In this document: piece after piece, positions 1 to 7,883 of the stretch
Numbering within the stretch: position 1 is the stretch's first letter
How the letters are laid out: each line of letters opens with the position of its first letter
Origin: an uncultured Solirubrobacterales bacterium
GTDB lineage: Bacteria; Actinomycetota; Thermoleophilia; Solirubrobacterales; 70-9
Reading direction: 5' to 3'
Assembly: GCA_963725475.1 (NCBI GenBank)
Contig: CAVRYR010000006.1
Span: 329,450-393,449, forward strand
DNA: 64,000 nt
Program-made: the position numbers and the translations under genes
The notes under the pieces: generated by a model
Database searches by the model: none
Seen by the model: the letters and a program-made list of their open reading frames with translations, nothing else
Told to the model about the DNA's origin: nothing

Positions 1-526
1 CCTGGGCGGTGTTCGGTGTGGTCTGGGTCACCTTGCCGGCCAGGCCGAGCGCCGCCACCACGGGATCGTCGACGTGGACGCCGTCGCCTGATCCCTTGTC
101 GATCGTGACCGTCGAGTACCAGACCGTCGGGGAGCGGGCGACCACCCGCGCGGTCACCGGATCGGTGCCGTCGGGCACGATCCCGCCGCTCAGCGTCTGG
201 TTGAGTGCAGCGAGCTCCTTCGCCTCTCCGTGGGTGGTCTGCGCGCGGGAGAGCTGATCCCGGAGCTGGGCGACCTGATCCTCGAGCTTGGCCTTGTCGC
301 CGCGCGCGTCGAACGTCTCGTGGAACCAGTTGACCAGGTCACGGACCGGCTTCAGCGCGCGATCGGTCACGCTCGAGATCGGCGAAAAGATGGTCGAGAC
401 GACGTTCTCCGCCCCGTGCAGGGGACCGGCGTTGCCCTCTCGGTAATAGAGGCTGAGCAGAGTCAGCGAAGCGGCGACGAGCAGCAACAGCACCGCCCGT
501 CGACGGCGCACCTGCTTGCGGTACAT
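1..526 (-). CDS. mreC: rod shape-determining protein MreC (C-terminal part lies beyond window start)
   Basis: Absent from the ORF track because it runs off the window. Reverse translation from ATG (cat at 524-526) gives MYRKQVRRRRAVLLLLVAASLTLLSLYYREGNAGPLHG...KLEDQVAQLRDQLSRAQ...ARVVARSPTVWYSTVTIDKGSGDGVHVDDPVV. This shows a TM anchor, a coiled coil and the start of the beta domain, as in MreC. Confidence 0.8.
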   Translation of the reverse strand, partial: MYRKQVRRRRAVLLLLVAASLTLLSLYYREGNAGPLHGAENVVSTIFSPISSVTDRALKPVRDLVNWFHETFDARGDKAKLEDQVAQLRDQLSRAQTTHGEAKELAALNQTLSGGIVPDGTDPVTARVVARSPTVWYSTVTIDKGSGDGVHVDDPVVAALGLAGKVTQTTPNTAQ

Positions 527-680
527 GTCTTCTCAGTCCTCACGGTGGCAGTTCCCGGCTGCGCCATCAAACGGGTTGCTCCTCGGAGCACCCTCGCGTC
601 ACGAATGTAGCGCCCAGGGCTCAACGACACTGAAAGAGTTCACTCCATGAAACGGGGACTCCTGACGGAGCCCCCTCGCA

Positions 681-1847
681 TCACCGGTCCCTGGATTGCG
701 CGTGGATGCTCTGCAGCAGCCCGAGCGCCAAGAAGGTGCCCAGCACTGACGATCCGCCGTAGCTCATCAGCGGCAGCGTGATCCCGGTGACGGGCATCAC
801 CCCCAGGTTCATCCCGATGTTCACCACCACCTGGAAGGCGAGCATCGCCAGCACGCCCGCGGCAATCAGCGAGCCGTAGAAGCTCGTGGAGATCCGCATC
901 ACCCGGATCGCACGCCAGAAGAGCATCGCGTAAAGGAGGACGACGAAGACGGCCCCGATGAAGCCGAAGCGCTCGCCGACCACCGCGTAGATGAAGTCGG
1001 TGTGCCGCTCCGGAACGAAGAGGAGCTCCGTCTGGGTCGAGTCGCTGCCACGGCCGACCTCCTTGCCCGAGCCGACCGCGATCACCGCCTGGTTGACCTG
1101 GTAGCTCGCGTCCTGCGGGTCGTTGCTCGGATGGAGGAAGGCGGTGAGCCGGTCCTGCTGGTAGCCCTGCAGCGGATGGACGCCTGCGGCCGAGCCGGCC
1201 GCGTAGACGCCTCCGGCGACGAGGGCGGCGGCGGCTCCGATCGCGGCGAAGTGCTGCCAGGGGATGCCGGAGACGAACAGGATGGTCAGCGCGATCACGA
1301 CCAGGACGATCCCGGTGCCGAGATCGGGCTGCAGGAAGACGAGCCCGGCGGGGACCAACCCGAGGGCGAGCAGGTTGAGCGTCTGGCGTAGGCCGAAGGG
1401 GCGGCGGACCGTCTCGTAGACGAGAGCCGCGAGCGAGACGCAGAGCAGGACCTTGGCGAGCTCCGACGGCTCGAACTGGAAGAGGGGCAGGTCGATCCAG
1501 CGGTGCGAGCCACGTACGGCCGCGCCACCCACCAGCACCAAGGCGATCGAGCCGACCATCGCGGCGTAGATCGTCATCCGCACGCCCCGCAGCCGGGTGT
1601 AGTCGATGCGGCTCACCGCCAGCATCAGCACGATCCCCGCGACGGCGTAGAGCGTCTGGCGCTCGACGAAGTAGAGCGGCCGCCCGGCGATCTCATCCCG
1701 GGTCGAAGTGGCCAGCACGAAGACGCTGAAGGCGATCAGCCCGATCGAGGCGCCCAGCATGAGCCCGTCCATCTGGCGAAGGGACAACCACTCGGCGATG
1801 CGCGAGCGGCGCGGGGCGATCGTGAGTGCGGGCTTTGCCGCTTCCAT
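681..1847 (-). CDS. rodA: SEDS-family peptidoglycan glycosyltransferase RodA
   Basis: 388 aa polytopic membrane ORF with a FtsW/RodA-type C-terminal region (NLGVMPVTGITLPLMSYGGSS). Its ATG overlaps the PBP2 stop (ATGA at 1845-1849). Confidence 0.9.
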   Translation of the reverse strand: MEAAKPALTIAPRRSRIAEWLSLRQMDGLMLGASIGLIAFSVFVLATSTRDEIAGRPLYFVERQTLYAVAGIVLMLAVSRIDYTRLRGVRMTIYAAMVGSIALVLVGGAAVRGSHRWIDLPLFQFEPSELAKVLLCVSLAALVYETVRRPFGLRQTLNLLALGLVPAGLVFLQPDLGTGIVLVVIALTILFVSGIPWQHFAAIGAAAALVAGGVYAAGSAAGVHPLQGYQQDRLTAFLHPSNDPQDASYQVNQAVIAVGSGKEVGRGSDSTQTELLFVPERHTDFIYAVVGERFGFIGAVFVVLLYAMLFWRAIRVMRISTSFYGSLIAAGVLAMLAFQVVVNIGMNLGVMPVTGITLPLMSYGGSSVLGTFLALGLLQSIHAQSRDR

Positions 1848-3745
1848 CAGCCCGGCCCCGCTGCCGCGGCGGCAGCTGTGTTGACGCTGCCGGCCGAGCC
1901 CCTGTTGAGGCTGAAGTAACGCTCCAGGATGGCGCGGGCGATCGGCGCGGCCGACTCGACACCGAACCCGCCCCGCTCGACGGTCACGGTGACGACGATC
2001 TGCGGGTTGTCGTAGGGCGCGATCACGCCATACCAGGACTGGTCCTGCTGCCCGTCGCGCTGCGCGGTACCGGTCTTGCCGGCGACCGGAATGGGGAAGC
2101 TGCCCATCACGGGATATGAGGTCCCTCCCGCTTCGTCAGCTGCGCGGTGCATGCCGCCGAAGATCACGTTCCGGAACTCCGGCGAGATGTTGAGATGGCG
2201 CTGCGGCGGCGGGTGGATCCTCTCGACGGTGCGGCCATGGACGTCCACGATCCGCCCACCGAGGTGCGGGGTCACCAGCGTTCCGCCGTTCGCCAGGGCC
2301 GCATAGGCCCGGGCGAGCTGGAGCGGGGTGACCTGGACGTCGCCCTGTCCGACCGCGAGGTTGACGTCGTCGCCCTGGGTCCAGGGGCGGTCAATGTACG
2401 GATTCGAATGGCTGCGGTAGACGCGGTTGCGCCAGGCCGGCGTCGGGATCAGGCCAGAGGTCGCGTCCGGGATGTCGATGTGCGGCTTCCGACCCAACCC
2501 GTACTTGAAGGCCCAGTCCTGGATCTGACCGCCGTTGCCGCTGGCCGTCGCGTGAAGGCCGAGGTTGTAGAAGTAGACGTCGGAGGAGACCTTCAGGGCG
2601 GTGCTCATGTCGACCGGCCCGTTGGCGGCTCCGCCGGCGTTGTGGAGGGTGATCCCGCCGATGTCGAGCGCGCCGGTGTCGTCGAAGATCGTGCTCGGCG
2701 TGATCAGGTGATCCTCGAGCGCGGCGGTCGCCGTGATGGGCTTGAACGCCGACCCTGTCGGGTAGCCGCCCTGGTCGGCGCGATCGACAAGAGGGTCGCC
2801 GGGCCGGTTGCCGAAAGCGTCGTACTCCGCCTTGGTGTGCGGCTGGGTGTAGAAGGACGGGTCGTAGGTCGGGTAAGACCCCATCGCGAGGATCGCGCCC
2901 GTGTGGACATTCATTGCGACGAACGCGCTCGGCAGCCCCTTGGCGCGGAGCGCGGCCTCACCGACTTCCTGAAGGCCCGAGTCGAGGGTGAGCCGCAGGT
3001 TGTCGCCGGCCTGGGCCGGGATGCTGCCGAGCGTCCCACGCGGCCTCCCGAGGGCGTCGACCTGGATCCGCTGGCTCCCCGCGGTGCCGCGCAGGAACTT
3101 GTCGTAGGTGTACTCGACGCCGGCCTGCCCGATGACGTCGCCCGGCATCAGGCCGCGGTAGGCGGGACGGGTGAGCTGATGCGGGCTGATCTGGCCGACC
3201 AGCCCGAGCACGTGGGCGGCCAGCGTGCCGTCCTTGTATTGACGCACGTATGTCCGCTCGACGCTCACGCCCGGAAAGCGCTCCTTGTTCTCCAGCAGGT
3301 AGAAGAGCAGCTGCCGGTCCAGCCCCTGCCGGAGTACGACCGGGTAGCCGGCGTACTGCGGCGTCTCGCGGACACGGTGGCGGATCGCGCTCTGGGAGAT
3401 CCCCAGCACACTGCCGAGCCGGCGCAGCTCCGTCCGGCGCGCGGCCCGGTCGGTGGGCAGGTTCGAGGGACGCAGGAGGAGGCTCATCACCGTCCGGTTG
3501 TCGACCAGGACCCCGCCGTTCCGGTCGAGGATCTCGCCGCGCGGCGGGTGTACCCGGACGTCGAGGTAGCCGTGGTCCTTCGCCAGGGCCCGGTAGTGGT
3601 CGCCCGAGAGGACCTGCAGCGACCAGAGGCGGAGCACGACCATCGCGACCGCCGCGACGACGACCGCCGTGAGCACAGCGATGCGAGCGTTCAGGCGATT
3701 GGTCAGCCGCGGCGGGATGTCCTCGGGGCGCTGCAGGAGGTACAT
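1847..3745 (-). CDS. mrdA: penicillin-binding protein 2 (elongation transpeptidase)
   Basis: Transpeptidase motifs STGSAFKP, SSD and KTGTA. I chose the internal ATG at 3745 (MYLLQRPEDIPPRL, followed by a TM helix) because the longer track ORF would overlap mreB. Confidence 0.9.
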   Translation of the reverse strand: MYLLQRPEDIPPRLTNRLNARIAVLTAVVVAAVAMVVLRLWSLQVLSGDHYRALAKDHGYLDVRVHPPRGEILDRNGGVLVDNRTVMSLLLRPSNLPTDRAARRTELRRLGSVLGISQSAIRHRVRETPQYAGYPVVLRQGLDRQLLFYLLENKERFPGVSVERTYVRQYKDGTLAAHVLGLVGQISPHQLTRPAYRGLMPGDVIGQAGVEYTYDKFLRGTAGSQRIQVDALGRPRGTLGSIPAQAGDNLRLTLDSGLQEVGEAALRAKGLPSAFVAMNVHTGAILAMGSYPTYDPSFYTQPHTKAEYDAFGNRPGDPLVDRADQGGYPTGSAFKPITATAALEDHLITPSTIFDDTGALDIGGITLHNAGGAANGPVDMSTALKVSSDVYFYNLGLHATASGNGGQIQDWAFKYGLGRKPHIDIPDATSGLIPTPAWRNRVYRSHSNPYIDRPWTQGDDVNLAVGQGDVQVTPLQLARAYAALANGGTLVTPHLGGRIVDVHGRTVERIHPPPQRHLNISPEFRNVIFGGMHRAADEAGGTSYPVMGSFPIPVAGKTGTAQRDGQQDQSWYGVIAPYDNPQIVVTVTVERGGFGVESAAPIARAILERYFSLNRGSAGSVNTAAAAAAGPG

Positions 3746-3771
3746 GGCTGCGTCTCCCCGTCGCCCGCTTC

Positions 3772-4812
3772 CTAGAACCGCCTCCGAACGCGGGAGTTCT
3801 TGAGGGCGCGCTTGATCGCCTCGAACTCCTCCAGCGCCTGGCCCGATCCCGTCGCGACGCAGGACAGGGGTGACTCCGCGAGTCGGGCGGGCACCTGGCA
3901 CTCCTCGCTCATCCGCTCCGCCATCCCGTGAAGCAGGGCGCCACCACCGGCCAGGGTCATGCCGCGTTCCATCAGGTCACCGGCCAGCTCGGGCGGCGTC
4001 CGGTCGAGGGTGTCGCGGACGGCAGCGATGATCTGGTTGATCGGCTCATCCAGCGCCTGGCGCACGTCCGCCGAGTTGAGCTTCACGGCCTTCGGCAGGC
4101 CGGAGGCGAGATCCCGGCCGCGGATCTCGATGTCCACTTCCTGGCTGAGCGGCGCGGCGGAGCCCGCCTCGTGCTTGACGTCCTCGGCCGTCTGATGGCC
4201 GATCAGCAGCTGGTGGTCGCGCTTGCAGGAGTTGACGATCGCCTCGTCCATCTCGTCGCCCCCGACGCGGATCGACTGCGAGACGACGATGTCGCCGAGC
4301 GAGATCACCGCGACCTCGGTCGTGCCGCCGCCGATGTCGACGATCAGGCTGCCGGTGGGCTCGCTCACCGGCAGGCCCGAGCCGATCGCTGCCGCCATCG
4401 GCTCCTCGATCAGGTAGGCCTCGCGCGCTCCGGCGCCGAGACACGCCTCCTCCACCGCGCGCTTCTCCACACCGGTCACCCCTGAAGGAACGCACACCAC
4501 GACCCGTGGGTGGGTGAAGCGGCTGTGATTGGCGCGCTTGATGAAGTAGCGCAGCATCGACTCGGTCACCTCGAAGTCGGCGATGACGCCATCCTTCAGA
4601 GGCCTCATCGCGTTGATGGTCGAGGGCGTGCGCCCCAGCATCTGCTTCGCCTCGGCGCCGACGGCGTGGACCTCGCCGGAGCCGACGTCGACCGCGACCA
4701 CCGACGGCTCGGAGAGGACGATGCCGCGGCCACGGACATAGACCAGCGTGTTGGCGGTGCCGAGGTCGACGGCCATGTCGCGCGCCGGTGATATCGAGGT
4801 GAGCAAATTCAT
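3772..4812 (-). CDS. mreB: rod shape-determining protein MreB
   Basis: 346 aa actin-like ATPase: DLGTANTLVYV, VVCVPSGVTGVEKRA, DIGGGTTEVAVISLG. Confidence 0.95.
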   Translation of the reverse strand: MNLLTSISPARDMAVDLGTANTLVYVRGRGIVLSEPSVVAVDVGSGEVHAVGAEAKQMLGRTPSTINAMRPLKDGVIADFEVTESMLRYFIKRANHSRFTHPRVVVCVPSGVTGVEKRAVEEACLGAGAREAYLIEEPMAAAIGSGLPVSEPTGSLIVDIGGGTTEVAVISLGDIVVSQSIRVGGDEMDEAIVNSCKRDHQLLIGHQTAEDVKHEAGSAAPLSQEVDIEIRGRDLASGLPKAVKLNSADVRQALDEPINQIIAAVRDTLDRTPPELAGDLMERGMTLAGGGALLHGMAERMSEECQVPARLAESPLSCVATGSGQALEEFEAIKRALKNSRVRRRF

Positions 4813-4858
4813 CTGGGGACGAAAATTCAGGAATTCGAGCGCAGCGTAGCGACTTGGC

Positions 4859-5416
4859 TTAAATGCCCAAAATCCGGAGATTTTCGAGGAGCAACGGCAC
4901 CGGCAGCCCGATCACATTGGAGACGTCACCGTCGACCCGTGCCACCAGCGCCGAGCCGAGTCCCTGGATGGCGTAAGAGCCGGCGCGGCCGCGCCATTCT
5001 CCCGACGCCAGGTAGGCGGCGACCAGGGCAGGTGAGAGCTCCCGGAAGCCGACGGTCGAGACCTCCACCCCGGTCCGGAGCTCCTCGCCGTCGGCGCCCG
5101 GAGCGAGCAGCGCGACGGCACCGAAGACCTGGTGGTCCCTGCCCGAGAGCCTCTCCAGATGCTCACGTGCCTCCCGCCCGCTCTCCGGCTGGCCGAGGAC
5201 CGCGCCATCGATCACCACCTCGGTGTCCCCGGCGATCACCAGAGCTTCGCCGGCCTCGGCCGCGACCGCCTCGGCCTTCCGGATCGCGTTGCGCTCGACC
5301 AGCTCGCGGGGCTCGCCCTCGGTCTCCTCCTCGACCTCGGGGACGCGCACCTCGAAGTCGAGGCCGAGCGCCGCCAGCAGCGCGCGCCGCTGGGGCGATC
5401 CGGACGCGAGGATCAG
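4859..5416 (-). CDS. maf: Maf-like nucleoside triphosphate pyrophosphatase, probable CTG start
   Basis: C-terminal AGSYAIQG...NVIGLP. The conserved N-terminal (L)[13 protein letters not shown] lies upstream of the track GTG (5350). There is no in-frame ATG/GTG/TTG there. CTG at 5416-5414 overlaps the ndk TGA. Confidence 0.8.
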   Translation of the reverse strand: MILASGSPQRRALLAALGLDFEVRVPEVEEETEGEPRELVERNAIRKAEAVAAEAGEALVIAGDTEVVIDGAVLGQPESGREAREHLERLSGRDHQVFGAVALLAPGADGEELRTGVEVSTVGFRELSPALVAAYLASGEWRGRAGSYAIQGLGSALVARVDGDVSNVIGLPVPLLLENLRILGI

Positions 5417-5823
5417 AGTTCGGGGAACCAGATCCCGATCTCGCGCTCGGCGGACTCGGCGGAGTCGGAGCCGTGCACGAGGTTGAAGGTGACCTCGGTG
5501 CCGAACTCGCCGCGGATCGAGCCCGCGTCGGCCTCCACCGGATCGGTCGCCCCGATCACCTGCCGGGCGGCCTTCACCGCGTTCGGCCCCTCGAGCACCA
5601 TGGCGACCAGCTCGCTGCGCGTGATGAACTCGACGAGCTCGCCGAAGAAGGGCTTCTCCGTGTGCTCCTCGTAGTGGACGTTGGCGATCTCCTCGTCCGC
5701 CTGCATCAGCTTCAGGGCCGTGAGACGCAGGCCCTTGCGCTCGAAGCGGGCGATCACCTCGCCGGTCAGGCCGCGCTCGAAGGCGTCCGGCTTGACCAGG
5801 ATCAGTGTGCGTTCGGTCGCCAC
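5413..5823 (-). CDS. ndk: nucleoside-diphosphate kinase
   Basis: 136 aa. [32 protein letters not shown] and NLVHGSDS active-site His region. Confidence 0.95.
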   Translation of the reverse strand: MATERTLILVKPDAFERGLTGEVIARFERKGLRLTALKLMQADEEIANVHYEEHTEKPFFGELVEFITRSELVAMVLEGPNAVKAARQVIGATDPVEADAGSIRGEFGTEVTFNLVHGSDSAESAEREIGIWFPEL

Positions 5824-5861
5824 GGGGCGGAGAACCTATAGGGAAGGCGCTGCCGAGGTCG

Positions 5862-6458
5862 TCAGCGAGAGCTGGGGCGCTGCGGGGGACGGGCCCCCAC
5901 CGCCGGGCGATCCTGGCGCCTCGGGCCGTCGCTGCGCGCCGCGGCCGGGCGCTGGCCCGCGGCGCGGCCCCCGCGAGCCGCGGCCGTACGGCGCGCGTCG
6001 CGCTCGGGGCGCTGCTTGCGGACCGCGGTCTCGCAGTAGGGGCAGATCCCCCAGCGCGGGTCGAGCGGCTTGTGGCACTTCCGGCAGGGATTGCGCAGGC
6101 GCCGCTCGCAGTTCGGGCAGCGCAGGTAGCTGCGCTCGATCGGATACTCGCAGTGCGGACAGGAGTTCTCGATGCGCTGACGCAGCTCCAGCTCGGCTGC
6201 CCGTAGCTCCAGCTCGCGTTCCTCGCGGTCCTCCAGGAACTCCGGGGGGCGCAGGATCGTGTAGACGATCGTGCCCAGATAGGGGAAGACCGAGGCGGCC
6301 GTCGCGCACGCGATCAGCACGGGATCCTCGATCCGGCGGCGGGCGTCGAGGTAGGTCCAGTAGATCAGCGCCAGATAGACGACGATCAGGAAGAGGACCA
6401 GCAGGTTGACGATGAGGCCGAGCGCCCCGCCGTCGATTCCGAAGAGTGCAAGAGGCAT
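5862..6458 (-). CDS. membrane protein with PLD-N-like TM region and C-terminal double zinc ribbon
   Basis: Start taken at the internal ATG (cat 6456-6458), MPLALFGIDGG. Two TM helices, a coiled-coil stretch, then CPHCEYPI..CPNCERRL..CRKCHKPL..CPYCE. The upstream part of the track ORF overlaps folC and looks like non-coding frame. Confidence 0.6.
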   Translation of the reverse strand: MPLALFGIDGGALGLIVNLLVLFLIVVYLALIYWTYLDARRRIEDPVLIACATAASVFPYLGTIVYTILRPPEFLEDREERELELRAAELELRQRIENSCPHCEYPIERSYLRCPNCERRLRNPCRKCHKPLDPRWGICPYCETAVRKQRPERDARRTAAARGGRAAGQRPAAARSDGPRRQDRPAVGARPPQRPSSR

Positions 6459-6544
6459 GGAGTTTGGGAGCCGCGAGTGTACGTACTTCCTTACGGGGGC
6501 GTGTAACCCTGCCTGGGATCGGGGATTTGCGGGGATTTCCGGAG

Positions 6545-6664
6545 TTAGAGGAAGAGCAGCCCGAAGACGTAGCCGAAGGCGAAGAACACCAGGATCACCA
6601 CCGCGACGACGATGGCGACCAGCCCCATCATCGTCAGGAGCTCTGAGCGGGCCTCTCTGTCCAT
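6545..6664 (-). CDS. candidate 39-aa single-TM peptide
   Basis: ATG at 6664: MDREARSELLTMMGLVAIVVAVVILVFFAFGYVFGLLFL. Sits between folC and the zinc-ribbon gene. No homology recognised. Confidence 0.3.
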   Translation of the reverse strand: MDREARSELLTMMGLVAIVVAVVILVFFAFGYVFGLLFL

Positions 6665-7810
6665 ATGCAGCTGAGAAGGTAGTGGCTGCCGGCGGCCAGC
6701 GCGACCCCGCCCCGCTCCCCGGCAAGCTCTCGTGCCCGGGCCCAGGCCTCCAGGGAATCGGGAACCGCCTCCGCCTCGACGCCCGCCTTCTGGCAGAGCG
6801 CGACGAGCTCGAGCGCCGGCCGAGCCCGGCCGCCGGGGCGGCCCGAGCCCTCGATCGCGTCGGGCGGAATCTCCGTGCAGACGAACCGCGAGACGGAAGG
6901 CGCGAGGGCGTTGACGATCCCGGCCGCGTCCTTGCCCTCCAGGACGGCCAGGCAGCAGACGATCTCGCGGTCGCCGACCAACTCGGGCAGAGTCTCGGCC
7001 AGCGCGGCGGCGCCGTCCGGGTTGTGGGCAGCGTCGTAGACGGTGGGGGGATCGCCCGGGCCAGACCTCCGCCCTGCCCGGGATCCGCACGTTCGAGTAG
7101 ACCCGTTCGGCGGCTTCAAGGTCAACCGCGTCGAGGCACAGCTGGGCCACACCCGCCGCCAGGGCCCAGTTGCGGAGGCTAAACGCGGCGGCTCCCGAGG
7201 GTCGCTCGACCTCAACGGGGATCTCCCTCGCATGCCGCCGAGCAACCTCCCTCTCGATCACCCGCTCTACCTCCGGTGGGACGTCGCCATGGAGCAGCGT
7301 GCTGTGATCCCGTAGGACCGCGACCTTCTCCGCCGCGATCTCCTCCAGCGTCTCCCCCAGCCACTCGGTGTGGTCGTAACCGACCGAGGTGAGCACGGTG
7401 AGCTTCGAGGGGACCACGTTGGTCGCGTCGAGGCGGCCACCCAGGCCGGCCTCAACCACGCCGTACTGCACCCGTGCGGCGGCGAAGGCGACGAAGGCTG
7501 CGGCTGTGAGCAGCTCGAACTGGGTGACCGGGCCCTCGTCGCCGGCGGAGCGGTCGGCCACCTCGGCGGCCTGCTCGGCCCGCTCGACGGCCTCGTCGAA
7601 ATCACGCTCTGAGATCGGCTCGCCCCTGAGCAGGATCCGCTCGCGCCAGGAGTGGATGTGCGGCGAGACGTAGGCACCGGTCGAGACGCCATGCGCCTCG
7701 AGCAGCGCCGCCGTCATCCGCGTCACCGAGGTCTTGCCGTTGGTCCCGACGACGTGGATCGAGGCGAAGCGGTTCTGCGGCATGCCGAGCAGCGTGCAGA
7801 GCCGCCGCAT
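6634..7810 (-). pseudogene. folC: folylpolyglutamate synthase/dihydrofolate synthase FolC, one apparent frameshift near 7045-7056
   Basis: N-terminal frame: HVVGTNGKTS...GLGGRLDATN...RIPGRAEVWPG. The C-terminal part continues in another frame (ORF 6634..7245): DPPTVYDAAHNPDGAAAL...LAAGSHYLL. The junction is in cccgggcgatcccccc. Confidence 0.85.
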
Positions 7811-7883
7811 CCGCTCCAGTCCCAGCTTCCAGCCCAGGACCTCGCGGCGCCGCAGGATCTCTTCGGCGCGGCTCGGGATCGGC

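Noticed and set aside
4859-5350. Track start (GTG 5350) for maf. The same issue applies to the track start 12732 for clpX and 17429 for the M23 peptidase.
   Set aside because: Each would delete a conserved N-terminal motif or domain that is clearly encoded in frame upstream (ASGSPRR; the ClpX zinc module; signal peptide plus Ig-like domain).
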